A stretch of DNA of 62,820 nucleotides, counting the filler. It is 3 parts of 3 records of this genome, joined end to end, with 100 filler letters (N's around TTAATTAATTAA, not from the genome) between each part and the next. Parts side by side here need not be neighbours in the genome. Positions count along the whole stretch, not along the records: positions 1 to 28,086 come from DRR378314_187; 2 more parts are not named here. One strand, written 5' to 3'. Made by a program: the position numbers and the translations under genes. Below are positions 9,659 to 18,652 of this stretch, in pieces. Numbering within the stretch: the first letter of the stretch is position 1; the number at the start of each line of letters is the position of its first letter. The notes beneath the pieces were generated by a model. That model saw only the letters and a list, made by a program, of their open reading frames with translations, was not told the origin of the DNA and ran no database searches.

Positions 9659-10752
9659 TCTTCCCGGAAGGCGTCGCGGTGGAACTCGGCGGCCTCTTCC
9701 ACTTCGTTGATGCCCGGCGCCCAGGGGTCCTGCGGGTCGGCGCCGGCCATCACTTCCAGGGAGGCGTGCACGCCGCGGGCCAGGGATTCGGTGTGGTAGC
9801 CGCCCTCCAGCACCATCGCCAGCTGGCCGCCGCAATGGCGGTCGGCGATCTCCCGCACGATGCCGGTCATTGAGGCGAAGCCCTCGTAGCTGACGTTCAT
9901 GGCCAGATCAAAGCGGTGCGCGTCGAAGCCGGCGGACACCAGCACCAGGTCCGGCCGGAAAGCGTCCGCCGCCGGCACCAGAATATCCCGGAACGCCTTG
10001 AGCATGGCCATGTCGCCGGTACCGCCGGGCAGCGGCACGTTCACCGTGTAGCCCTCGCCCAGACCGCCGCCCACTTCGGACAACGAGCCGGAGCCGGGGT
10101 AGAACGGCGCCGCGCGGTGGGTATCGAAAAACAGAACGTCCGGGTCGGCCCAGAAAATTTCCTGGGTGCCGTTGCCGTGGTGCGCATCCCAATCCACGAT
10201 CAGCACGCGCCGGCAGCCGAGGGCCGCCTGGGCATGGGCCGCCGCCACCGCCACGTTGTTGAAGAGACAGAAGCCGCGGGCGCGCACGGATTCAGCATGA
10301 TGGCCCGGTGGCCGGACCAGGGCGAAGGCCCCGGCGGCACGGCCCGCGACCACCGCCTCCACCGCCGCCACGGCGGTGCCGGCGGCTACCTCCGCGGCCT
10401 CCACACTGCCCGGCGACACCGCCGTGGTGTCCATGTCCAGCCAGGCGTTTTCGCCGCGCATGGCGTAAATGCCGTCCAGGTAAGAGGTGGTGTGCACCCG
10501 GGCCAGTTCCGCCCGGGTGGCCACGCGCCCGGCTTCCAGACGGACGCCCGGCACCGGCTCACGCTCGAGCAGATCGAGCACGGCGGTGAGCCGGCCCGGG
10601 TGTTCCGGGTAGCTCCACTTGGCGCCCAGCCCGGAAAGAATTTCCCGCACCCGGCGGTCCAGCCGCCCCGGCAGGAAGGCGGCGTCCGGGTCGGGCCGGT
10701 GATCCAGCATGCGCGGATCCTGGAACAGTATCACTTCACGGTCACCGATCAT
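9655..10752 (-). CDS. Histone deacetylase-family amidohydrolase (class II HDAC/AcuC/APAH-like)
   Basis: [43 protein letters not shown]. Confidence 0.93.
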   Translation of the reverse strand: MIGDREVILFQDPRMLDHRPDPDAAFLPGRLDRRVREILSGLGAKWSYPEHPGRLTAVLDLLEREPVPGVRLEAGRVATRAELARVHTTSYLDGIYAMRGENAWLDMDTTAVSPGSVEAAEVAAGTAVAAVEAVVAGRAAGAFALVRPPGHHAESVRARGFCLFNNVAVAAAHAQAALGCRRVLIVDWDAHHGNGTQEIFWADPDVLFFDTHRAAPFYPGSGSLSEVGGGLGEGYTVNVPLPGGTGDMAMLKAFRDILVPAADAFRPDLVLVSAGFDAHRFDLAMNVSYEGFASMTGIVREIADRHCGGQLAMVLEGGYHTESLARGVHASLEVMAGADPQDPWAPGINEVEEAAEFHRDAFRED

Positions 10753-10782
10753 GGCGCCCCCGTCCGAGAAAACCTTCTTTCC

Positions 10783-12780
10783 TTATACAGGTTCCCGGCG
10801 GGACGACAAGAGCCCGCGATTGATCCACAGCGCCAGCCCCAGGGCCGGCACGGTCAACGCAAGGCTGAGCGCGAACATGGCGCCGTGACCCAGCGGCATG
10901 GCGCCGCCGCCGGGCACGGCGAACGCCAGCCCGCCGACGATCAGCATTAACCGGATCGGCCATTGCAGGAGCCGCTGCGTGGACAAGCTGCCGATGCCCA
11001 CCAGATAGCCCTGAATGGCGCTGGCGATCAGCACCACACCGACCAGGGCCTGCGCCAGTACCAGTGCGATTTCCTGCCAGCCGCCTTGCAGAATCAGCGC
11101 CGGGTTCAGCACGAACAGGAACGGCACGAAATAAATCACACTGCCCAGACGCATGGCGTTAAGGCCGGTTTCCATCGGCTTGGAGCCGGCCACCGTGGCC
11201 GCCGCGAAAGCGCCCAACGCCACCGGCGGTGTGATGTAACTGAGCATGCCCCAGTAGAGAATGAACAGGTGCACGGCCAGCGGATTCATACCCCCGCCCT
11301 GAATCAATGCCGGCGCCAGCGCCACCGCGAGAAAAATATAGGCGGCGGTCACGGTCATGCCGATACCGAGAATAAAGCTGGTCACCGCGCCCATCAGCAA
11401 CAACACCAGCGGGTTGCCGCCGGCGATGTAGATCAGGTCGTTGGCGATGGTGCCCGACAGCCCGGTGACCGACAGCGCGCCCACCAACAAGCCGACGCCG
11501 GCCAGAATGGTAATCAACTCGGCAAACAGCTTGCCGGCACTGGAGAAGAAGTCGGTGACGTCGCGCCAGCCCCAACGCTGATACGGCAGAATCTGGTTGA
11601 TCACCAGCAGCAGCGCGGTGGCGTAGAACGGCGCGATCGCTTCACGGCGCAGCCAGAACAGCATCCAGATCAGCAACACGAACACGAAAATAAAGTACCA
11701 GCCTTCCTTAAGCGTCTGCTTGAGTGACGGCAGTTCCTCTTCGGGCAGGCCCTTGAGTTCATGTTTCGCGGCGTAGGCGTCGATCTGCACGAACAGACCG
11801 AGATAGAACAACAACGACGGCACCACCGCCGCCAGCGCGATGGTGCTGTAGGGCGTATTCAGGAAGCTGGCCATGACAAAGGCGGTGGCCCCCATCACCG
11901 GCGGCATCAGCACCCCGCCGGTGGAAGCGCACGCCTCCACGCCGGCGGCGTAGGAGCGGCCGATACCGACCCGGCGCATGGCGGGAATAGTGAGCACCCC
12001 GGTGGTCAGCACGTTGGTGATCACGCTGCCGCTCATGGAGCCCATCAGGCCGCTGGAGAAGATCGATACCTTGGCGGGCCCGCCGCGCACATGGCCGAGC
12101 AAGGCGAACGCCAGGTTGATAAAGAACTTCCCGCCGCCGGTTTTTTGCAAGGCCACGCCGAACAGCAGAAAGCCGATCACCAGATTGGCGAACGCCTGCA
12201 ACGGAATGCCGAACACGCTCTCACGGCTCATGGCGTGGTAAATGGCGGTCTGGCTCGGTGAGGACGGAAAGCCCTGAATCGGCCCCGGCATGATGTCGGC
12301 GACCATCGGGTAGCAGCCGGCCACGCCGACAATCAACGCCAGCGGCCAGCCGCCGGCCCGGCGCACCGCCTCCACCGTCAGCCCCCACAATACGAAACTC
12401 ATCACCGTGGCGGTTTGCGGCGCGGCGTATTCCCAGCCGTTGTCGAGAATGCGCTCGGCGTTATACACAAAGTAGCCGCAGGTCCCCACGGCCAGCAAAA
12501 ACAGCAGCACGTCGTACCAGGCCACCCGTCGGCGGTCGCCACCGGAAAACGCGGGCCACATGATGAACACCAGCGGCACCATCAGCGCCACCACGGTGTA
12601 GAGAAACTGGCTCTCCACCGCGGTGACCAGACTGAAATAGCCCAGGTTAAGAACGTAATCGAGGGTCAGAACGGTGAGAACCAGGGTCGCCAGGCGCGGC
12701 AGCCAGGGCCAGAGGCCCTGTAAGTCGCGCACGCCCGACACCTGCTTCGCCGTTGGCTCACCCGTATGATGAGAATCCAC
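10783..12780 (-). CDS. TRAP (TAXI-type) fused 4TM/12TM permease
   Basis: 665 aa polytopic membrane protein; GGPAKV, EACASTGGVLMPPVMGA, SYITPPVAL. Confidence 0.92.
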   Translation of the reverse strand: MDSHHTGEPTAKQVSGVRDLQGLWPWLPRLATLVLTVLTLDYVLNLGYFSLVTAVESQFLYTVVALMVPLVFIMWPAFSGGDRRRVAWYDVLLFLLAVGTCGYFVYNAERILDNGWEYAAPQTATVMSFVLWGLTVEAVRRAGGWPLALIVGVAGCYPMVADIMPGPIQGFPSSPSQTAIYHAMSRESVFGIPLQAFANLVIGFLLFGVALQKTGGGKFFINLAFALLGHVRGGPAKVSIFSSGLMGSMSGSVITNVLTTGVLTIPAMRRVGIGRSYAAGVEACASTGGVLMPPVMGATAFVMASFLNTPYSTIALAAVVPSLLFYLGLFVQIDAYAAKHELKGLPEEELPSLKQTLKEGWYFIFVFVLLIWMLFWLRREAIAPFYATALLLVINQILPYQRWGWRDVTDFFSSAGKLFAELITILAGVGLLVGALSVTGLSGTIANDLIYIAGGNPLVLLLMGAVTSFILGIGMTVTAAYIFLAVALAPALIQGGGMNPLAVHLFILYWGMLSYITPPVALGAFAAATVAGSKPMETGLNAMRLGSVIYFVPFLFVLNPALILQGGWQEIALVLAQALVGVVLIASAIQGYLVGIGSLSTQRLLQWPIRLMLIVGGLAFAVPGGGAMPLGHGAMFALSLALTVPALGLALWINRGLLSSRREPV

Positions 12781-12807
12781 GGCAGAACTCCTTGAAGCGG
12801 GACAGAC

Positions 12808-13962
12808 TTAGCGGAACACCGGGTTCATGCCCTCGGCTTCCAGCGCCTCGGCGCGGGCCTTCATCCAACCCTCGCGGAACGCCTCATCGTCCTCCGGCGC
12901 GTCGCTGGTGTAGGCCTTCCAGGTGTTTTGCAGCACCTGCTGGCGTTTCACCAGACGGTCCTGGTGGGCCTGCATCTCATCGGTCCAGTGGCCGATTTCC
13001 TTGTAGTAGGCCACCACTTCATCGTGGAACGGGATTACCCACTGCATGTTCTGCTTTTCCAGGGCGTAGCCGGAGTTGCCAGGCGCCGCATCCTTGTATT
13101 TGTCGTGATCCTCGATCAGCACTTTAATAAGACCGCCCGCCAGACCGCTTTGCTGATCCGCGTTGGCGACCAGAATCGGATAGGGGTAGCTGGCGCCCAC
13201 CCAGGGGTTGTCCTTGCCATAATCGCCGGCGGCGGCGGTAACTTGATGGGGCTGGAAATAGGGTGCCACGGCCTGCAAACGCTTCCAGCCCTCCTTGTTC
13301 TCGGGATCGAGCCGCGGCCAGACAATACCACGCGGGCTGGCGGCCAGTTGTTGCGCCGGCGGCGCCACCGACATGGTGAATCCGGTGTCGCTCTGGCTGG
13401 CGATCACGCCGTCGAACGCGCGCCCGTAACCGGGGAATTCAACCCGCTCCACGTCGTCCCAGGTGAGCCCGCCGAACGCCAGAAACGCCTCGGTGCCCAG
13501 GTTGAGGGCATCGTCACCGCGAATGTAGGAGACTTTCTTGCCCTTGAGGTCCGCCGGTGTTTCCACTTCGATGTCACCGGCCACGGCGACGCCGAGACCG
13601 AAGCTGGCGATTGAGGTGGCGATCACCCGGATCGGCTGCGGCCCCCATTGGCGGTCAGCGAACATCAGCACGCCTTCCGAACCGTAATAACTGGCGATAC
13701 CACAGGCACACAGCGGCACCCGGCCGGTGCGCAGCGGCGTCATACGGGATACATCGTTTTCGCCGGGGAGAATACGCACCGACACGTCGTATTCGTTTTG
13801 CAGAAGATTGCCCACCGACACCATCTGGGTGTAGCCGGCGGAGCCGGTGCCGTAGGCGGTCATGGCGATGGTGCCGGGCAGCTTCACATTGTCCGCCGCC
13901 TGGGTCAGGCCGGCCAACACCAGGGCGGCCAGACAGAGTGCGCCTCGCTGGAAAAGGGTCAT
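12808..13962 (-). CDS. TAXI-family TRAP substrate-binding protein
   Basis: Signal peptide, ADLKGKKV, IPFHDEV; directly upstream of the fused permease; GGAG RBS supports the MTLFQ start (ORF track begins at 13983). Confidence 0.88.
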   Translation of the reverse strand: MTLFQRGALCLAALVLAGLTQAADNVKLPGTIAMTAYGTGSAGYTQMVSVGNLLQNEYDVSVRILPGENDVSRMTPLRTGRVPLCACGIASYYGSEGVLMFADRQWGPQPIRVIATSIASFGLGVAVAGDIEVETPADLKGKKVSYIRGDDALNLGTEAFLAFGGLTWDDVERVEFPGYGRAFDGVIASQSDTGFTMSVAPPAQQLAASPRGIVWPRLDPENKEGWKRLQAVAPYFQPHQVTAAAGDYGKDNPWVGASYPYPILVANADQQSGLAGGLIKVLIEDHDKYKDAAPGNSGYALEKQNMQWVIPFHDEVVAYYKEIGHWTDEMQAHQDRLVKRQQVLQNTWKAYTSDAPEDDEAFREGWMKARAEALEAEGMNPVFR

Positions 13963-13998
13963 GGTTGCTCTCCGTTTACGCATTGTTGTTGTGATAGC

Positions 13999-14018
13999 TA
14001 TTCCGCATAGCGAAACAG
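13999..14018. promoter_or_regulatory. Second copy of the palindromic operator (TTCCGC-ATA-GCGAAA) upstream of the TAXI operon
   Basis: TATTCCGCATAGCGAAACAG vs TATTTCGCATAGCGAAACAG at 2658-2677. Confidence 0.7.
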
Positions 14019-14148
14019 GCGTCCAATAACGTTCTCGGTTAGAGCCTATACCCGGGAGAGAGGAGGGGAAAGTGACCGCGTCGACAATCCTGGCGGAGAG
14101 CGCGCCGCTCGAGTGCGGGGCAAAGGCTGGGCACTAAACAGCGGGCAT

Positions 14149-14179
14149 AAAAAAAGCGGGGCCCGAAGGCCCCGCTTTT
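14149..14179 (-). terminator. Rho-independent terminator of the cold-shock gene (possibly bidirectional)
   Basis: AAAAGCGGGGCC-CGAA-GGCCCCGCTTTT hairpin with a 7-T run on the minus strand. Confidence 0.88.
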
Positions 14180-14221
14180 CCTGCCCGGCGCGGTTAGGCG
14201 CGGGCGGCTTTCAACATCGCT

Positions 14222-14428
14222 TTATACGGCGACGATGTTCTCTGCCTGAGGACCTTTCTGGCCCTGAGTTACAGTGAACTCAACGCGCTGGCCTTCGGCC
14301 AGGGTTTTGAAGCCTGAGCCCTGGATAGCGCTGAAGTGTGCGAACACGTCAGGGCCGTTTTCCTGCTCGATAAAACCAAAACCTTTAGCTTCGTTGAACC
14401 ACTTAACGGTACCGGTGGTAGTGGACAT
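14222..14428 (-). CDS. cspA: Cold-shock protein (CspA family)
   Basis: [15 protein letters not shown] (RNP1), DVFAHFSAI (RNP2), GQKGPQA; the exact paralogue cannot be determined. Confidence 0.96.
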   Translation of the reverse strand: MSTTTGTVKWFNEAKGFGFIEQENGPDVFAHFSAIQGSGFKTLAEGQRVEFTVTQGQKGPQAENIVAV

Positions 14429-14583
14429 AATAGTCTCCTGATCATTCAGAAAGTAATGGAAGCCCGCTGGGGGCCGATTGTGCTGGAAGTCTTACGGTTA
14501 CTTATGAAGGTCAGGACGAACGCTAACTGGTAGGGCATCGAACAGGGATTCATAAATACGTGCATACTTTCAAGCTGTGACCA

Positions 14584-14611
14584 AGGATACACGCCTTCCG
14601 GCCCCTGTCAA
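14584..14611 (-). promoter_or_regulatory. Sigma70-type promoter for the csp gene, giving a ~150-nt 5' UTR
   Basis: Minus strand TTGACA (14611-14606), 16 nt, TATCCT (14589-14584); long AT-richer leader typical of csp mRNAs. Confidence 0.6.
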
Positions 14612-14645
14612 AACTATTTCGCTCCGCCCGGCATGCCGGGCCCGG

Positions 14646-15005
14646 TCACTCCCGGACCCAGGCCAGCGCGGCGCTCTTTTCCTCCAGGGGAAACGCCTTT
14701 ACTTCCACCGAGGGCATCAGCCGGTCGGTCACGGACGCAATTTTGTGCACCCAGGAGCGGTCCGAAACCACCGCCTCCCGCTCGAAGCGCCGCCAATTGC
14801 CGAGGCCGAACTTCATGTCCTTGAACAGGGCTTCCAGCCCGATGCCGCCCAGGGACACCAACTCCACATAGAGACGAATCTTGTCGTGCCGGGTCAGCCG
14901 GTCCTCTATCTCCGCCAGCACCCGGTCGAAGGTCTCGTTGTCCACCTTGCCGTCGATACGCAGCCCGACGATGTGGTCTTCCTGAAGCTCGATCAATTCC
15001 ATCAT
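14646..15005 (-). CDS. SpoIIAA-like (STAS/SEC14) small protein
   Basis: 119 aa, IVGLRIDGKV...KIRLYVEL...FEREAVVSD..W...EVKAF...AALAWV; AAGGAG RBS. Confidence 0.82.
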   Translation of the reverse strand: MMELIELQEDHIVGLRIDGKVDNETFDRVLAEIEDRLTRHDKIRLYVELVSLGGIGLEALFKDMKFGLGNWRRFEREAVVSDRSWVHKIASVTDRLMPSVEVKAFPLEEKSAALAWVRE

Positions 15006-15204
15006 GACACCACTCCTTTTGTGTCTTGCCTTACCCGTTTAGATGCGGCGGCTCTAAAGCTTTCTCAAGAGGGGCCGATAAGATTTGATAACCCCTCCTT
15101 TAAACTTTTTATTTCCCCTTATAGGTCAACGGGTTAGGCCTGTTTCTTGCAACCTCCGCCTGGCCCCCGGGCGCTCTGTGTCAATGCATCAAAAGGAGCA
15201 GGAC

Positions 15205-16257
15205 ATGCAAGACAACACCATCCTGAAGCTGGCCTACGACATCTCCCAAATGACCCGCGACAAGGTCGGCGCCATTGAGTCGATCATGACCACCACCAAG
15301 ATTTTGGCACTCAATGCGCGCATCGAAGCCGGCCGCGCCGGCACCGCCGGTGCCGCCTTCGGCGTGGTCGCCGAGGAAATCGGCAATGTCTCCGAGCAGA
15401 TCAATCATATCGCCGCGGATTTCCGCGACGCGGTGGAAGCCCACACCAGCGAGATCGAGGAAGCCGGCGGCCGGATGCTGATCGATTTTCGCGGCCAGCG
15501 TTTCACCGACCTGTCGTTGAACGCCATTGAGATCATCGACCGCAACCTGTTCGAGCGCTCCTGCGACGTGCGCTGGTGGGCGACCGACAGCGCTCTGGTC
15601 AGCGCCGCCGCCAACCCCGGCGACGTCCCGGGGCTGGAGCACGCCAGCCAAAGGCTGGCGACCATCCTGCGTTCCTATGTGGTGTATCTGGACTTATGGG
15701 TTACCGACGACCGCGGCCGGGTGATCGCCAACGGCCGGCCGGATCGCTACCCCGGCGCGGTGGGCCTGGACGTATCGCGCAGCGCCTGGTTTCAGCAGGC
15801 CATGCGCACCGCCAGCGGTGACGAGTTCGCGGTCACCGATATCGCCCGCAACCCGGCGCTGGACGACGCGGCGGTGGCCACCTATGCCACGGCGATCCGT
15901 GACGGCGGCCAGGAGAACGGTGACGCCATCGGCGTGCTGGGCATCTTTTTCGACTGGACGCCGCAAGCCGGCGACGTGGTCAACGGCGTCGGGCTCAGCG
16001 ACGAGGAACGCGGCGCCTGCCGGGTCATGCTGCTGGACGCCCAGCATCGCGTTATCGCCGACGCCAGCGGCAAGGGCGAGCTGGGCGACCATTACCCGCT
16101 GAACACCCGGGCGCCGGACGGCGGCACCCTGGAGCGGGGCTACTACGTGGACGGCGACCGCCTGGTGGCCTTCGCCCTGACCCCCGGTTACGAAACCTAC
16201 CGGGGGCTGGGCTGGTACGGCGTCATCGAATGCGACCTGACGCGGCGGGCGGAGTAA
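15205..16257 (+). CDS. Soluble chemoreceptor-like protein: N-terminal MCP signalling hairpin followed by a Cache-like sensor region
   Basis: KILALNARIEAGRAGTAGAAFGVVAEEI near the N-terminus; then YLDLWVTDDRGRVIANG, SAWFQQA, GVLGIFFDW, LGWYGVI; no TM segment. Confidence 0.78.
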   Translation: MQDNTILKLAYDISQMTRDKVGAIESIMTTTKILALNARIEAGRAGTAGAAFGVVAEEIGNVSEQINHIAADFRDAVEAHTSEIEEAGGRMLIDFRGQRFTDLSLNAIEIIDRNLFERSCDVRWWATDSALVSAAANPGDVPGLEHASQRLATILRSYVVYLDLWVTDDRGRVIANGRPDRYPGAVGLDVSRSAWFQQAMRTASGDEFAVTDIARNPALDDAAVATYATAIRDGGQENGDAIGVLGIFFDWTPQAGDVVNGVGLSDEERGACRVMLLDAQHRVIADASGKGELGDHYPLNTRAPDGGTLERGYYVDGDRLVAFALTPGYETYRGLGWYGVIECDLTRRAE

Positions 16258-16336
16258 GCAAAGGCATCTGGAAAAAGCACCGGACCGGTTGCACACTGAC
16301 GGAGACCAAGGACACAACCTTCGAAGGAGTCGTACC

Positions 16337-16510
16337 ATGCCGTTCACCGCCACCGACCCGATCAAGATCATCTTCGCGATTCTGCTGCCGCCCGTGGGCG
16401 TGTTTCTGGAAGTGGGCTTCAAGGGCCATTTCTGGCTGAACATCCTGCTGACCCTGCTCGGCTACATTCCGGGCATCATCCACGCGCTCTACGTGATCTT
16501 TAAGCACTGA
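16337..16510 (+). CDS. YqaE/Pmp3 family membrane proteolipid
   Basis: IFAILLPPVGVFL...FWLNILLTLLGYIPGIIHA; AAGGAG RBS. Confidence 0.93.
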   Translation: MPFTATDPIKIIFAILLPPVGVFLEVGFKGHFWLNILLTLLGYIPGIIHALYVIFKH

Positions 16511-16525
16511 GACCGGCCGGCGGCG

Positions 16526-17404
16526 TCACAGCGCCGCCAGCCAGCGGGCCACCGCCTGACCGATCTCCACCGGTGAATCTTCCTGCAGGAAGTGGCTGCC
16601 CTGGACGGTGACCTCGGTCTGGTTCGGCCAGCTGCGGCAGAACTCCCGCTGCCGTCCGATCAGAATGGAGCCCGGCTCGGCGTTCACGAACAGCTTGGGC
16701 ACCGGGCTCGCCGCCAGCCAGCGCCCGTAGTTTTCCACCAGCCGGATCATCTCCGGCGGCTCGCCTTCCATGGGGATCTCACGCGGCCAGTTGAGGGTGG
16801 GCTGGCGGTCTTCCTCCAGCTCGAAGGGCCGACGGTAGTGGGCCATCTCCACATCGGTGAGGCCGCGCAGCACCGAACCGGGCAGCACCGCCTCCACGAA
16901 CATATTGCGCTTGAGAATCAGGTCCTCGCCTTTTTCCGAGCGGAACCCCTGGAAGATGCCGCGGGCGGCTTCCGGCCAGTCGTCCCAGGTCATCGGCATG
17001 ACGATGGCTTCCATATAGGCGATCGCCTTGACCGCGTCCGGGTGCTGGCTGGCCCAATGAAAGCCCAGACCGCTGCCCCAGTCGTGCACCACCAGGGTGA
17101 CGTTCCGGTCCAGACCCAGCGCCGCCAGCAACCCGTCGAGGTAATGGTAGGCGGTCAGAAAGCCGTAACGACCGGGGCCGTCGCTGGCCGGCAGCTTTTC
17201 CGAATCGCCCTGGCCGATCAGATCCGGCGCGATCACCCGGCCACTGCCGACCAGCTCCGGAATCACATTGCGCCACAGGTACGAGGAGGTGGGGTTGCCG
17301 TGCAGCAGCACGATCGGGTCGCCCTCGCCTTCGTCCACATAGGCGATGCGCTTGCCGTCGACGTCCTGGAAATGTTTCTGGTAGGGCATCTGGTCCGAAA
17401 TCAT
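16526..17404 (-). CDS. Haloalkane dehalogenase (HLD-II, LinB/DhaA-like)
   Basis: HGNPTSSYLWRN, APDLIGQGDS, HDWGS (nucleophile Asp + Trp), YMEAI (acid Glu), GSHFLQED (base His). Confidence 0.9.
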   Translation of the reverse strand: MISDQMPYQKHFQDVDGKRIAYVDEGEGDPIVLLHGNPTSSYLWRNVIPELVGSGRVIAPDLIGQGDSEKLPASDGPGRYGFLTAYHYLDGLLAALGLDRNVTLVVHDWGSGLGFHWASQHPDAVKAIAYMEAIVMPMTWDDWPEAARGIFQGFRSEKGEDLILKRNMFVEAVLPGSVLRGLTDVEMAHYRRPFELEEDRQPTLNWPREIPMEGEPPEMIRLVENYGRWLAASPVPKLFVNAEPGSILIGRQREFCRSWPNQTEVTVQGSHFLQEDSPVEIGQAVARWLAAL

Positions 17405-17532
17405 GGCGGCGGTCTCCTGCTGATGAGTGGGCCCCAGCTTAACGAACGGGCAAGAATTTAACAGTATCCCGCTAGCCCCCGGCCCGGCCGACTGTTTAGG
17501 GTAAGCGAAGCCCAACAAGGAAGGAGTGACCC

Positions 17533-18486
17533 ATGAAGACCCTGACATTCGAAAACGGCGACACCATGCCGATGCTCGGCCTGGGCACCTGGAAGTCCGA
17601 CCCCGGCGACGTGTACGGCGCGGTCAAGGAAGCCCTGCAACAGGGTTACCGGCACATCGACTGCGCCCGCATTTACGGCAACGAGGCGGAAGTGGGCCAG
17701 GCGCTGGCGGAATCGTTCGCCGCCGGCACCGTCAGCCGCGAGGACCTGTGGATCACCTCGAAGTTGTGGAACAGCGCCCACGCCCCGGAAGACGTGCAGC
17801 CGGCCCTGGAAAAAACCCTCGACGACCTGCAGCTCGACTACCTGGATCTCTACCTGATGCACTGGCCGGTGGCGCTGACCCCGGGCATCAGTTTTCCGAA
17901 ATCCGGCGCCGATATCCTGGACCCCGAGGACATGCCGGTGGCCGACACCTGGCGCGCCATGGAAGCGCTGGTGGACGATAATCTGACCCGCCAGATCGGC
18001 GTGTCCAACTTCAGCGTGCACAAGCTCACCGCGCTGCTGGAAACCGCCCGCCACCGGCCGGCCATGAACCAGGTGGAGCTGCACCCGTATTTGCAGCAGG
18101 CGCCGCTGGTGCGCTTCTGCCATGACAACGGCATTCAGGTCACCGCCTATTCACCGCTGGGCTCGTCCGACCGCCCGGACAATTTCAAAGCCAAGGACGA
18201 ACCGGTGTTGCTGGAAGACCCGGTGATCAAGACCATCGCCGAGCGGCACCAGGCCACCCCGGCCCAGGTGCTGATTAGCTGGGCGCTGCACCGCGACACC
18301 GCGGTGATCCCCAAATCCGTGAACCCGGAACGCCTGGGGCAGAACCTGGCCGCCGCCGATCTGAGGCTCAGCGACGACGACCTCAACGAGATCGCCGACC
18401 TGGACCGCCACCGGCGCTACGTGGACGGCGCCTTCTGGGCCCAGGAAGGCAGCCCCTACACCCTGGCGACACTCTGGGACGAATAA
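17533..18486 (+). CDS. Aldo/keto reductase (NADP-dependent)
   Basis: GLGTW, GYRHIDCARIYGNE, TSKLWN, LDLYLMHWP, IGVSNF, NQVELHP, VIPKS. Confidence 0.95.
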   Translation: MKTLTFENGDTMPMLGLGTWKSDPGDVYGAVKEALQQGYRHIDCARIYGNEAEVGQALAESFAAGTVSREDLWITSKLWNSAHAPEDVQPALEKTLDDLQLDYLDLYLMHWPVALTPGISFPKSGADILDPEDMPVADTWRAMEALVDDNLTRQIGVSNFSVHKLTALLETARHRPAMNQVELHPYLQQAPLVRFCHDNGIQVTAYSPLGSSDRPDNFKAKDEPVLLEDPVIKTIAERHQATPAQVLISWALHRDTAVIPKSVNPERLGQNLAAADLRLSDDDLNEIADLDRHRRYVDGAFWAQEGSPYTLATLWDE

Positions 18487-18652
18487 ACGCCCAATCGATC
18501 CCGTGTGGTGCCGCCGGCGCCACGCGGCTCACGCCTTTACCCTTTTTTACCGCCCCCGACATCCGGATCACTTAACCGCCCGCACCCGGCATGCAATCAT
18601 TGGCAGCCATAACGACAGCGCGCCACGGAACGCCCGCGCCGCCCGGCTAACA

